Shown one piece after another: positions 12,120-23,835 of a stretch of DNA of 64,000 nt (within the stretch, counting starts at the first letter, position 1; each line of letters begins with the position of its first letter). The notes beneath the pieces are model-generated. The model ran no database searches. It had not been told where the DNA came from and saw only the letters and a program-made list of their open reading frames with translations. The stretch is taken from assembly GCF_022045235.1 (NCBI RefSeq), contig NW_027266273.1, forward strand, positions 13,206,001-13,270,000, written 5' to 3'. This stretch comes from Haliotis cracherodii (lineage: Eukaryota). The position numbers were made by a program, and so were the translations under genes.

Positions 12120-15100
12120 CTAGACATAATAACAGAGAGTTGTTTTATTAGATGATAAAACATGCAAGTCACAGTTTCGTTGATCGATTTTATTAAGTTA
12201 AATGTCGCGAGATAATTTCAGCTGAAGAGTTAAGTCAAACAAGCAAGCATGCATGCTTACACAGCACTCAGCAATATTCCAGCTATCTGATGGCTTCGGA
12301 TTTTGACCAGACAATCAGTAATTGATATTATGAGCCACGATGACAAGCAAGTCACAGAGCCTGACACTCTCATAATTATTTCTTGCTTGTTGGGGGGGGG
12401 GGGGGGGGGGGATGAATAATGGAACATGCGTACACGTGTTAAGGAGAAGAATCCTGTCAGACATTGCAACATTGGAAAATGAGAGCCTTATACATAGCGA
12501 TGGTGATTGGTTTGTTCCGCTATTTACAGCAGGTATTCTGCTGTGCTATGTATAGTCTAGCTTACTTACCTCCCCTTTGTGAAGGTGATTTGACGAGCTT
12601 GCCGGATGTGGTGATGGTACACTGCTCGCGGTTCAACTTGTCCTCCGATAAGGTGATGTGGGGCACTAATGAGACACAAAAGAAGACCTGTCATGTCGAC
12701 ATTGAACATTACAAGCACACCAAGCTATGAAGTCAGCGAAACATGCTTTATGTGTTCATACTATAGTGTCGTAGATCGGTGTATATGTTAGCGTTCACAG
12801 TTTTACTTCTCGTCCACTAAGTAGCAAATACATCAGCCTGTGGTAATATTAGGTCACATGTAGTTCCAAATAAAATCTGTGCTTGTAACAATTGTAGTAT
12901 ATCTGATAATGTTTGGTCACAAATGGCCCTAATATGAATTGTGCATACTTCAACTGTGGTATTTTTTTATGTTTGGTCACATATTGTCCAACGTGAAATG
13001 TGTGCTTGATTTTACAGTTGCATATTTGATGTTTGGTCACATACGGTACTGCATGAGTCGTGTGTTTGTTGCAACTGTTGTATGTTTGATGTTTAGTCAC
13101 ATATTGTGACAAATGAAATTTGTGTTCGTTCCAACTGTGGTAAATTTGACGTTTGGTCACATACGGCATCATAAATTTCCTTCAACTGCGGTATATTTCA
13201 TGTTTGGCCACATATGGTCCTAAATGAAACCTGTGTTTGTTTTGAACTGTGGCATATTTGATGCTTGGTCATATATGGTGCCAAATTGACATGTGTGTTT
13301 GATACAACTGTGAAACATAACTCAGAATTGCACACTGACGTTTGACTGACTTGACAAGCACCTCAGACTCGCCCTCCCATGTCAGAAAGTGAAGAGATCG
13401 ATCCATGGCGTTCTCCTCTGCTGAAAGAACGATATAAATTTACTGTTATTTATTACTTTCTCATCATATTTTACTACATTTTCACTGGCATGTCAAGCTC
13501 TTACCTGATGTATAGTAAAAGATCAATTGCATCATTTTGGACAATAACTACGGCGTCCCCCACGAAAACGCCAGCGTTGTCCTTTCAAATCTTCATTCAA
13601 AGTGTACTATCAATTGATAAAGTACACGTCGTTGGACGTAAGTGATTAAGAATTAGATTCTTGTATAGAATGTATTTTATGATAAGTTTTGTTTGTTTGT
13701 TGTTTAACGCCGCACTCAGCAATATTCCAGCTATATGACGGCGGTCTGTAAATAATTGTGTCTGGACCAGACAATCCAGTGATTAATATCATGAGCATCG
13801 ATCCACCCAATTAAGATTGATGACATGCATCAACCAAGTCAGCGAGCCTGAACACCCGATTCCGTCAGTCGCCTTTAACGACAAGCATGGTCGCCTTTTA
13901 TGGCAAGCATTGGTTGCTGAAGACCTATTCTATCCCGGATCTTCACGGGTCTTATAAGTAGCCAGTGGGAGATGTAGAGTGAGTGAGTTGTATTTTACGC
14001 TGCTTTTAGCACTATTCCAGCAATATCACGGCGGGGGTACACCAGAAATGGGCTTCACACATTGTACCGGTACCCTTGTGGGTCTTCGGCATGACGAGCG
14101 AGCCACTAGATTACCCGACCATCCCCTGAGATTTAGATGTTCGCTAAAAATCCTACAACGAAATACTTGAAGACCTTTTATTATGGAACGACGAGTATCA
14201 GCCAGCAGTGATATGAGTTGGTTGGTTGGTTTGTTGTTTAACGCCGCACTCAGCAGTATTCCAGCTATATGACGGCTGATATGAGAGTATAGAGTGAGTG
14301 AGTGAGTGAGTGAGTGAGTGAGTGAGTACGGTTTTACGCCGCTTTTAGCAATATTCCAGCAATATCACGCCGGGGGACACCAGAAATGGGCTTCACACAT
14401 TGTACCCATGTCGGGAATCGAACCCGGGTCTTCGGCGTGACGAGCGAACGCTTAAACCACTAGGCTACCCGACCGCCCCTGAGAGTATAGAAAACCTGTT
14501 GAACGGTCGAAGTAATTCGGGAATGGAAGCTGGTGACGAGATGGATTGTATCTTGGGGAAAAGGGACACATTCCTACACTGAATGGTGTGCATAATAAGA
14601 GTAGTTACCAGGCTCCTTGCTGTCGAACGTGAAGGCGTCATCTTCCACCGCGTACCCACCAAGTCGGAAATTCACCTTGTGTGGGCCAGGATGCCTGGGA
14701 GAAAAGCGGAGTTCAAAGGTTGCCTCAAGGTCACGCTGTGATGAGAAGGTCAAGGTAATGATCACTATTTGTAAAACCTGCATATTAACGTTTGCATTAT
14801 TATAACTGAATGAATGACAGATACGTATCAACCAAAATTTAATATTATATCACCGTTTCTTAAACGGGTTGTAGCTCTATTCAAGATGTACTATTTATCA
14901 AATAAACCTTTAAAGTTGATGTCTTTTTGTCAGACGATTTTATTCTCATCACTATGTAACTCAAATGTCTCATTCCTTTTCCGAATATTATTTATCCATT
15001 TTGTCTAAAGCATGGTGTTCCCTATTCTCTTTGTACGTTAGATTTATCCATCGCTGGAAACTTAAGGAATCTTTCCTGATGACAAAATGATAGTTTCTAT

Positions 15101-17389
15101 ATTATACAAAAAAATACGATTTGTACAAATTTTAAAATTGTCCGTATACACGTATAGACTTAAATTTTGTAATGGAAATATAAAACATTCAGATAGGGAA
15201 ACATCGATCTAGGCGACCATTTTATGATAGGAGAGTACCAGATTCTTACAGTAGATAAAAGGTTTGATATCCAGCGGGCCAGTGATTGGCGAACTCGTGA
15301 CTCTGACACGCACTATTAATAAGACGACCTTTCACCTAAGTTAAGTTAAGCTTATTAGTTTTCAAAAGATGGAGTTTCCTTAAATTGAGTACATAAGTAA
15401 ACCGTATGAAAGGCTTCATAATCACTGGATTGTTTCATTTTCATAAACTTGATATCTTCCTTTATGTCCTGTTAACCGACCGCCCTTGTTAACGGCCAAA
15501 AAGGGGTGCGGTTCGCGAGCGTGAGCCTATCCGCAAGTTTCTGGAACCCACGAGTACACGAAAAGCGACTAAACGTCCTTTACCTTGACATTGCCTGTCC
15601 TATTGGTAGCTCCGGACCTCGATCTGCCTTCATGTAGCGACCCAGGCGGGTGGAAACCGTTCCTATCGTCTGCTCCACGGGGGCTTGTGTGGACGCCGTT
15701 TGCCATCACATCGTCGTTAAAGGAGACCTTCGAGTCTACACTCTCCATCTGTCTGTAGCTTGGCCTGCTTCGCTGTTTGCCCTTTCCCACATCTTGCAGA
15801 TCGACCGACGACGCAACTCCGATAGATTTCTGTGACCCAGTTTGTTTCAGGCTGGTCCTGTTCCTAGAGATTGGAGTGTACCTTATATTCCCAACATCCT
15901 GTTCAGTAGGAGTGACATTTTCTTCATATCTATCCGGATCCAGTGCGCCCCTGCCATCCCCTGACAAGTCACCGTTGTGGTAGCCACTATCGCCGTTACT
16001 GTGGACGTGTCGTTTGTTGTTCTTTGTAGAATGATGACGCCTTGCATCCGGAGAGTCCACTTCGTCACTGCGTGTGGATGCAGCGTCACCCATATCACCA
16101 AGATGTTCCAGTACCCGGCTGATGGTCAATCCTGAGGAGTCTTCTATCACAGCCTTGATGCTAGCAGGCTTAGGCACGACGATGACGTTGCCCATATATT
16201 TGAGAAAGACTCTCACAATCACCATGTCCTCTTCGTCCTGTAGGGAGTCTGTAATCTCAATGATAACCTTCCACTGCAGCATCGTGTTATCCAAGTAGAT
16301 TATCTCGCCCACTTTGGCCATCTTTTTTGTTATGTCGCTCAGTGATGTCAGGTCAACAAAAACCTCCTTTCTGTCCGGCTTAGCTGGAAGCGGAGCAGTG
16401 ATCAGAGCATTTAGTTTCTGTTTTATGTTTTCGTTTTCCTGGAGGAAGTTGCCTGGTTTCGCCTCTTCCATCACTTTCCTGCAGTAGTCTGCGTAGTCTG
16501 TCTCTGTTTGAGCTGTTGTTTTGAAGGCAGTGAGACACGCACTCATATGATCTCTTTCATCTGCTATAGCAACGTGTAGACTGTTCTTCAGCACTTCCTT
16601 CTGTTCCTCGGCCTGTTCAATGAAAACATCGAAATAACGTTCAATTTGTGCCTCCAACTTCTTGCTCTCAATATTCAGATGAAACAAGTCCCTTTCCAAC
16701 TCTGACTTCTCCGTCTCTGTTCTCTCCTGCCTCTCTTTCAGTTCCTCCAGTGCCTCCGACACCGCCCTCTTCTCATCCTTCACGACGTCTTGGACATCCC
16801 TAATCTCGTGCCCATCCCGCTCTTTGTGCTCAACAATGGCGCATGACGGGCACACGGCTTTCATGCAGCCTGGCTTCTCACAGAACAGATCCAGCGTCGA
16901 CCCAGGGTGTAGGGCGCATGTCTCGGTTTGTGTCAGATAGTTCTCGGGCAGCTTCAGTATTTCTGCAATAGAGAGAATTTTGTGGGCTTTCTGTTTGTAG
17001 AAGCGTTTGTGGGCCCTCAGTCCCTCTTCACAAATGTACAGCTGACAATTAAGGCAGTGGTGTGTTGCTGGCGACTTCTCGGAACAGTCGGTGCAGAGTC
17101 GCCTCCCTTTCCTTCCCTTCAGTTCCACAAATACGACGAACTTCATGGCAACGTATTCCACGGGGAAGGTTTCCTCCACCGACTCACGGACATCCCACAG
17201 TTGGTCGCAAGACGGGCAACTGAGTTTAGATCCCATCGTCCACACGTCATCCAAGCACTGAGAACAGAAGCTGTGTTGGCATGGCAACACACGTGGTATC
17301 TTGTCCTCGCTGTCAAACTGCTGCTCGCATCTGTCACACTTCAGAATATTCTCCTTGATCTCATGTGTTGATATAACAGGATTAGCCAT
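11572..17389 (-). CDS. TRIM-family E3 ubiquitin ligase: RING, B-box1, B-box2, coiled coil, split filamin-type Ig domain, PRY-SPRY (~858-874 aa)
   Basis: Exons 17389-15584, 14735-14609, (13420-13373 optional), 12665-12570 and 12119-11572 join in frame. Motifs: C3HC4 RING (CDRC...LPCQHSFCSQC...CPSC), B-box2 (CALH...FC...C...VCPSC...H...H), SPRY (GVHYWNV, MGVMLNLDQRSLTF, LWPVFGV). Confidence 0.88.
12570..12665 (-). CDS. TRIM exon, PRY-like segment (PHITLSEDKLNREQC...)
   Basis: ctcattag acceptor, ag|gtaagt donor, 96 nt, phase 1-1. Confidence 0.82.
12850..13310. repeat. Degenerate ~60-bp tandem repeat (~8 copies)
   Basis: Recurring tgtttggtcacata...caactgtgg. Confidence 0.8.
13373..13420 (-). 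CDS. Candidate 48-nt TRIM exon with GC donor (AEENAMDRSLHFLTWE)
   Basis: ttctttcag(cag) acceptor; only the GC donor G|GCGAGT keeps phase 1-1. Confidence 0.4.
13688..13950 (-). mobile_element. SINE-like family B (~240 bp, no clear A/B box)
   Basis: ACCCGTGAAGATCC...CAGCAACCCATGCTTG...GGCGACT...GATTGTCTGGTCCAGAC...GCTGGAATATTGCTGAGTGCGGCGTTAAACAAC(AAAC)n. Other copies or fragments near 2275, 9070, 12240, 14217, 30887, 31280, 43048, 45098, 45610, 50150, 50350, 50700, 51660. Confidence 0.85.
14294..14479 (-). mobile_element. SINE family A, young copy with (GAGT)n tail
   Basis: TSD tgagagtataga at 14282-14293 and 14480-14491. Confidence 0.92.
14609..14735 (-). CDS. TRIM exon, C-half of filamin-type repeat (ATFELRFSPRHPGPHKVNFRLGG)
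   Basis: Pyrimidine-rich acceptor ccttctcatcacag, donor g|gtaact; resembles the filamin motif GTY.V.YTP...G.H.I.V. Confidence 0.8.
15584..17389 (-). CDS. TRIM first coding exon (RBCC, N-half of filamin domain, disordered insert)
   Basis: 602 open codons from ATG at 17389 (acceptor ttccag just upstream, exon starts 17397); donor aag|gtaaag. Confidence 0.92.
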
Positions 17390-18346
17390 AGTGCCACCTG
17401 GAACAAAGATCACTTGAAAATAATTACTTTTGTTATGAACAAAACTTACACATTCGAACAATTATATATTTTCTTCGGACATCCGGTATGTCACACGACC
17501 CATCTAGTAAGTTTTATTTTGAGTGATACAACATATATTTATATAGTTTTTAATATTTATAAATGTCAATGAACAGAATATGTTTCTGAGCAATTACAGC
17601 AGATACACTGACGGACAAAAGAAAATATACACCTCAAAATTGGATTTGACTAAAACATTACAAACGTTATCAAAGCCTTACTAGCTAGGGTGAAAACAGT
17701 CGCCCAAACATAACAAAATAAGGTTCAAATCGAAACTATGATACCCCTATCAACTACATTACCATCGATTAACTACTCTTTGTTTTTTCCTTCTTAGCCA
17801 CCATCAAACATGGGTGTATATGTTCCCATATATATCCACTTCTATTCAGATATAATATATGTGCATATCAGATGTTGTGTCAATGTTTTTGAATTTTGAC
17901 AGTACAACAGAGTATTTTGCTGATGACATTAACGGTTTGCCGTGCGACCGTGCGACAAGCGTAAGTATCGATTTTACTTTCCTAGCAATTCACCTGATGG
18001 AATTACATAATGAACGATATTGATCTCTTGCTATTCGCTCTGTCTTCTCCTCGGATCGTGGGTGATTTAACAACGACACCCGCCTTCTCGAGAGAAACGC
18101 ACTAAGAACGTGCTGTAGAGTTGAACTTAAATGGACAAAATCATGCATACTGATCAATGTTGTTTAATCGTGCTACTCAAAGTGAAGCAATATGCAGAAC
18201 AAAAATAGTGTTTGTTTGTTGACGTCCAATGCAACAAAGAACAGCGTACTAACAGAGTGTTGTTGTGGAAACACTGTCGAGGACAGGAGTACATTATGTA
18301 CTGATGTCGTCAAATCAAGCTCATGTATGCGGTGCAGGACTGTCAT

Positions 18347-18426
<80 letters not shown>

Positions 18427-18428
18427 TT
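18347..18428. repeat. (ATTT)n microsatellite
   Basis: Seen directly. Confidence 0.95.
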
Positions 18429-18475
18429 TTCTATTTGATTTCATTTTTTAAACAGAGAAATTTACAGATTAAAAT

Positions 18476-19270
18476 TTTAAAAATGCAGCAAAGAGGATTT
18501 GGGTATCCTGACAAAGTCAGACTGGTTAGGCTCATCATCAGCTCAGGGCCCTTGCCCCCTCTACACGCAGCCCAGACAGCGAATGGGACTTCTCCCATGA
18601 AGCGCTGCCTTGTCGAACCCACCCAGAACCTTTGGGAGAATGTGAAGACTCCCCAACACTGCAGCCTTCTGCATCACCCAGATTGTCAGAAGGGTTGTAT
18701 TCCTGGTAGCAAACCCGGGTACTCTCCTACAGTCAGTCAACAGATTGGGAGGTATCAAACCTAAGGCACTGAGAACAATGGGGAGTCAGACAACTTGGTA
18801 TTTGGGATGCAAGCGTGACATTTCGAAAGCGAGATCTGCATATTTGACATGTTTTACCTGAATCTTGTCAACGGCATTAGTGTCAAAAGGGACAGAAAAT
18901 TCAATTTCACTGGATTTATGAAAAAGGACAACATCAGGCCTTGACACGTCTGAGGCTGTATACGGACCTATTCCAAAGGATTTTGTATTTATCATTTGCC
19001 ATGGCGCCCTCTACATATTCCTGGTCGTACCATGGATGGACCTCTGTGTCAAAACCACAAGTATGTCGAAGACGATAATAAAATGCCCGAACAGTTCTGG
19101 GTGCGAGTTCTCCCGACTAGGCAGCGCTTCCTGGGAGAAGTCCCATTCGCTGTCTGGGCTGCGTGTAGAGGGGGCAAGGGCCCTAAGCTTAACAAAGCTG
19201 ACTATGCCAGGATCACCCAAACCTTTTTTGATGCATTTTATATGTTAATCTGTATATAACAATAATAATA
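18476..19270. mobile_element. R4/Dong LINE 3' ends in inverted (head-to-head) arrangement
   Basis: The minus copy 18476-19075 encodes SRPDVVLF...KHVKYADLAFEMSRLHPKYQVV; the plus copy 19119-19270 repeats the 3' end. Confidence 0.75.
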
Positions 19271-20199
19271 AACAAACAAACACACACCCNNNNNNNNNNN
19301 NNNNNNNNNNNNNNNNNNNNNNNNNNNNNNNNNNNNNNNNNNNNNNNNNNNNNNNNNNNNNNNNNNNNNNNNNNNNNNNNNNNNNNNNNNNNNNNNNNNN
19401 NNNNNNNNNNNNNNNNNNNNNNNNNNNNNNNNNNNNTTCTAGGAAAGATAAGCGTATCCTACACAACCGGCGGCACCCATCACAAACAAAAACAAATCAA
19501 TTGCTTACCTGAGCAAACACAGAACATATGGTACAAGTCAAAACAGGGAATGTTACATCAGACATAATTTTGGTCACTGATGCGTCGAATTTGGAAATTT
19601 ACCATTCTTATCAATGCAAACTGTTTATCTTTCAAAAAGTCAACATTTCAAAATTTCAAGTTTTGTTGGCATTTTTATTTCAAAAGGAATTTGTTTTATT
19701 TTTACCTAATATATTGTATCTACTGCCACGTTAATCCACTGATCTACAGGTTGATGACGCGTCTTGTAACATGGCATCTCCTGCAGCATGCTGTCACACA
19801 GCACCCATGTTGTAAACGGCTTCGAGAGAGACGACACAGGTTTTTACAGCATGTCATTCAAAATTTAACCTGGTAATGATTAGTGTTATTTCTGAAAACA
19901 ACTGATACTTTGTTTAGCTCTGTACTCGTATATTGATTTATTGATAAGTTGTGTGTTCTCCCCATTAGACATGCTTCAAAGAAATGACTTAATAGTTGTC
20001 AGGTGGCATCCTTGACTGGAGAGACCCACGTAAGCAGCGACGGCGACATATGTGAAATATTGGAATAAAATCGGCACAGGCCATGTCCTTATTCATTATG
20101 CTTTCAGCGCGATAAGAATTTAATCAATATGCTATAAATTAAATATTGAGTGTAATGGTCCCTGAAGGGTGATATAACTACCACTATACGATCTATGGG

Positions 20200-20450
20200 T
20201 TATAGGTCTTCAGCAACTCATGCTTGCCGTAAAAGGCGACTATGCTTGCCGTAAAAGGCGACTAACGGGAACGGGTGGTCAGGATTGCTGACTTGGCTGA
20301 TGCATGTCATCGATCCCAATTGTGTGGATCGATGCTCATGATGTCGATCACTGGATTGTCTGGTCCAGACTCGATTATTTTACAGACCACCGCCATATAG
20401 CTGGAATATTGCTGAGTGCGGCGTTAAACAACAAACAAACAAAACAAACA
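20200..20450 (+). mobile_element. SINE-like family B
   Basis: Consensus match with an internal 22-bp duplication (atgcttgccgtaaaaggcgact x2). Confidence 0.85.
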
Positions 20451-21577
20451 AAAATCTATGGGTTAAGAAAATTTATTCACTGGAAAAATGCAACGATGTA
20501 GTCAACAAGGATTCCACAACTGTTTACGAAGCCGATGACAATGCTGTTTAATGAGGTATTGAGCATACTACAAAAACTGATAACACAGCTGACATGGCGT
20601 CTATAGTTACCAAGCATCAGCAACATTTATTTATGTAACTACGACCCTGTCGCCAATACTTCAGCTCCGTGTTGTTCTATGAGATAGCAACATTCAATTA
20701 TGTAACTTCGACCCAACCGCCCGACTAGGATTTTGTATTGGGACATGATATTTTCGGCTGCAGCTGCAAAAGCAGATAAATAGTTTAATTAAAACTATGA
20801 GCCAATATATGTTTTTTAGACAACAAAAAAACACATATTGAAACAATGTAATTTTTGTGGCAGATAATCTCTCTTTTTCAACAAAATGAAGCAAAATTAT
20901 ATTTTTAAAGATTTTTCGGGGGCTATACAATTTTTTCGATAAAATCCCTTTGCTCATTATTGGTTTCTCCAGAGGTTCAGTACAATTTGTCAAGAATGAA
21001 AGCAATTGCCATCTGAAGTTTACTGAGAAAACAATATGTGAAATGCTGGTCTGTTTCCCTGTGCCTCTGAGCCGGAATTTCTGCTCCGATTACCAAAGTC
21101 AAGACAAGGTAATTTGGCTAAGAAGTTTACCTTCAGCTTCAGGTATATCGATAATATGATATCGTTCAATAACCATCAAATAGCCGATACCCTTCAACTG
21201 ATTTACCCACGTGAACTAGACATTAAGGTGACCGCCTCATCTGTTTCATATTTAGATCTATGCATAAAGACTCAGAGTGCCAAAACACTCTCCACGAGAC
21301 TGTATGACAAGAGGAATGACTTCAACTTGCACATAGTCAACTTTCCCTTCATGTTGTGCAATATTCCAGCATCTTCAACCTTCACAACGTTTGAGATACA
21401 ATCGAGCATACTCTCTCAACCAAGATTTCAAAGAGCGTCAACCGACTCTTGAATATTATGACTTAATGTCACTGGTTGTAATCTTTACCAGCTATGTACA
21501 GCCTTGATAATTAAGTTGGTTGATCAAGGTTACAGCATTCACGGCCTCACTAAAGCTTCAGTGGCAGACGAGGTGTA

Positions 21578-22910
21578 CGAGGGCTGGTCAAAACGTTCGA
21601 AGCCTAACAAACAAACCCAACAATTGTGAAAGTGTCTTTAATTTTATGTTTCAACATAATTCCCCTGCTTTTCAACACACTTCTCATATCGAAAATGAAG
21701 CTTTTCAATTCCAGTCAGGAAGGTGTTTTCTGAAGCCACCCTGAAAAACCCATCCACGACAAACTTTGAGGTCATCGTTGTCGTCAGAGCGCTTTCCACG
21801 AAGGTGTTCTTTCAGTAAGGAAACAGGCAGAAATCATTTGATGCCAGGTCTGGCGAGTATGGAGGGTGAGGAAGGTCTTCGAATCCATATTGTCGCACAG
21901 CAGTCTTTGCAAGTCGAGAGGTGTGAGAAGAGGCATTGTCATGAAGTAGTAGAACCCCAGCAGTCAGCATTCCTCGCCGCTTTTCTTTGATAGAATTTCT
22001 CGATATAGCAAATCAGCATAGTAGGCACCGGTAATCGTGTTATTAAGAAATGTACAAAGAAAACTTTCTTCACTGATCTTGAAGACTTGAATTTCTTTGG
22101 TGCCGGAGAAGTGGAATGATGCCATTCCATGGATTGACGTTTTGACTGGGTATCATAGTCGAGACCCATGTTTCATCACTCGTTACTAATCTCTTTTTGG
22201 ATTTGACGAAATCCTCCTCAATTAGCTGTAAATTTTTGCTGGTAATGTCAGTTCTTTTTTCCTTAAGATCAGAATTGAAAAAACTTTGGCATCCAACGAG
22301 CAGATATCTTATTCATCTGTAAATGTTCATGAATAATAGTTTCAGTGGATCCATGGTTTAGGCCTGTGTCTTCCTCAAGTTCAGCAACTTATCCCCATTC
22401 TCTTGTGACATGCGGTCATGAATTTCTGATCTGTGAAGATCCGGGGTAGAATAGGTCTTTAGCAACCCATGCTTGCCGTGTCGCAGGAGGCGACTAACGG
22501 GTTCGGGTGATCAGGCTCGCTGCATGTCATAGTATCCAAATTGCGTGAATCGATGCTCATGACATCAATCACTTGATTGTATGGTCCAGACTCGATTCTT
22601 TACAGACTGTCGTTATACCTCTGGAATATTGCTGAGTGGGCCGTTAAACAACAAACAAACATGCATTTATTGGTGAGTACCTTTCTCTGAGGTTAAACTC
22701 GATGACTGCTCGGTACTCCTTCTTTTCCATTTCTGTGTCCATTTGGACCCCTATTACATTCAACTGGCTGTCACTAATATAGAAACGGTCTCAACAGACC
22801 ACATACACTTACAATGAACTACTCACACAATGTATCACACTGACTAGTTCACATTGTTATGGCCCATAGTTGAAGGTTAGTCAGGCTTAGAACTTTTTGA
22901 CCAGCCCTCG
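21578..22910 (-). mobile_element. mariner transposon (degenerate, near full length)
   Basis: ~30-bp TIRs CGAGGGCTGGTCAAAA, TA TSD, transposase fragments YDTQSKRQSMEWHHSTSPAPKKFK and EHLRGKRSDD. Confidence 0.9.
22430..22660 (+). mobile_element. SINE-like family B inserted in a mariner element
   Basis: Consensus match interrupting the transposase remnant. Confidence 0.85.
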
Positions 22911-23213
22911 TAATACCCTTGCTCTCTGCTAATGTGTAGTACATCTCGTCTGTCTATGAATAGCTAATAAAGGAATAAACCATGATTTTAATTAGGATCC
23001 AATCAGCTCGTCACAACTGTTTAATCCTTATCCTAACTGTATATATGGTCTCACTACCCAAGTACTTCATTACCAGAATGATATGTGTTATTCCCACACT
23101 ACATTTGGCTTCATCCAATTATCTGTATGCTGCTTGTTATCTCTTATCTTTTGTTGTCAATGATAATCTCCTTATCACGACATATTATGCATATACTTGG
23201 TTGCTGTCACCCC

Positions 23214-23253
23214 AGCCTAATAACGGTGTAAGGATTTACATCGAAACGTTGCT
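23214..23253 (+). ncRNA. Degenerate minimal hammerhead ribozyme in the PLE pLTR
   Basis: AGC-CTAATAA-C-GGTGTAAGGATTTACATC-GAAACGTT-GCT: stems I and II and GAAA are intact; CTGATGA carries two G>A changes. Confidence 0.5.
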
Positions 23254-23711
23254 ATATGTAATAAACCTGAAGTTGTTATCCAGAAAGTTGTACGTTTTCT
23301 TTTTGTATGCCGAAAATGGAGCAAGAGGAGAGAATGTCCACTGGAGGAACACAATCAGATTATGCAGGGACAAACTGTAACGCCTAACTTACTCCCAACT
23401 TATCACAGGACAGAAAACGCCCATGTAGTATTTAGATGCAGCTTGACATTTGCTAAAGTTAGAAGGAAAAGTTACATTACCATTGTTATGCGTATGAATG
23501 AATGAATGAATGAATGAATGAATGAATGAATTATAGTACTGAACATTAGATTTCCATTCTGATATGAATGTTAATGAATGAATGAATAACATTATGGCTT
23601 TGTGTGAAATTGATTAATGTCTAAAATAAATATTTAAACTATATATTGTATTTTCTTATTCTAATATCATTGTATATGAAACGAGTCCATTCCTAATCTA
23701 TAAGGTTAAAG

Positions 23712-23835
23712 CAGAGACCATATAATAGAGGTTAACAGCAGGGTGTCGGGGTGTATCAGTTACATGCCGGACCGTAGCACTGACGGTTAGTGATAAACTG
23801 TTGGGGAGGGCCGTCCCTCTATTATATGGTCTCTG
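23712..23835. mobile_element. Small MITE
   Basis: TIR CAGAGACCATATAATAGAGG. Confidence 0.7.

Larger units (their letters stand above)
21060..23300 (+). mobile_element. Penelope-like retroelement (RT C-terminal remnant, 3' UTR, pLTR), interrupted by mariner
   Basis: FRYIDN, IYPRELDIK, VSYLDL, TRLYDKRNDFNLHIVNFPF, SQRLRYNRA, KLVDQGY; hammerhead-like pLTR with AATAAA at 23214-23300. Confidence 0.78.

Noticed and set aside
14380-14479. tRNA-Asp gene
   Set aside because: No acceptor stem; it is the head of a multi-copy SINE with a tail and TSDs.
14736-14831. Longer TRIM exon using the acceptor at 14778
   Set aside because: In frame, but the acceptor at 14736 has a much better pyrimidine tract; cannot be excluded without RNA data.
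15650-17371. Plus-strand ORFs overlapping the TRIM exon
   Set aside because: Antisense shadows of a coding exon with no recognisable motifs.
18192-18764. 190-aa ORF
   Set aside because: Runs through an (ATTT)n microsatellite and antisense LINE sequence.
21060-21575. Selenoprotein-encoding (Naiad-type) PLE
   Set aside because: The fragment is too short and decayed; no in-frame UGA or SECIS can be supported.
22982-23380. 132-aa hydrophobic ORF
   Set aside because: T-rich PLE 3' UTR/pLTR with no domain features.
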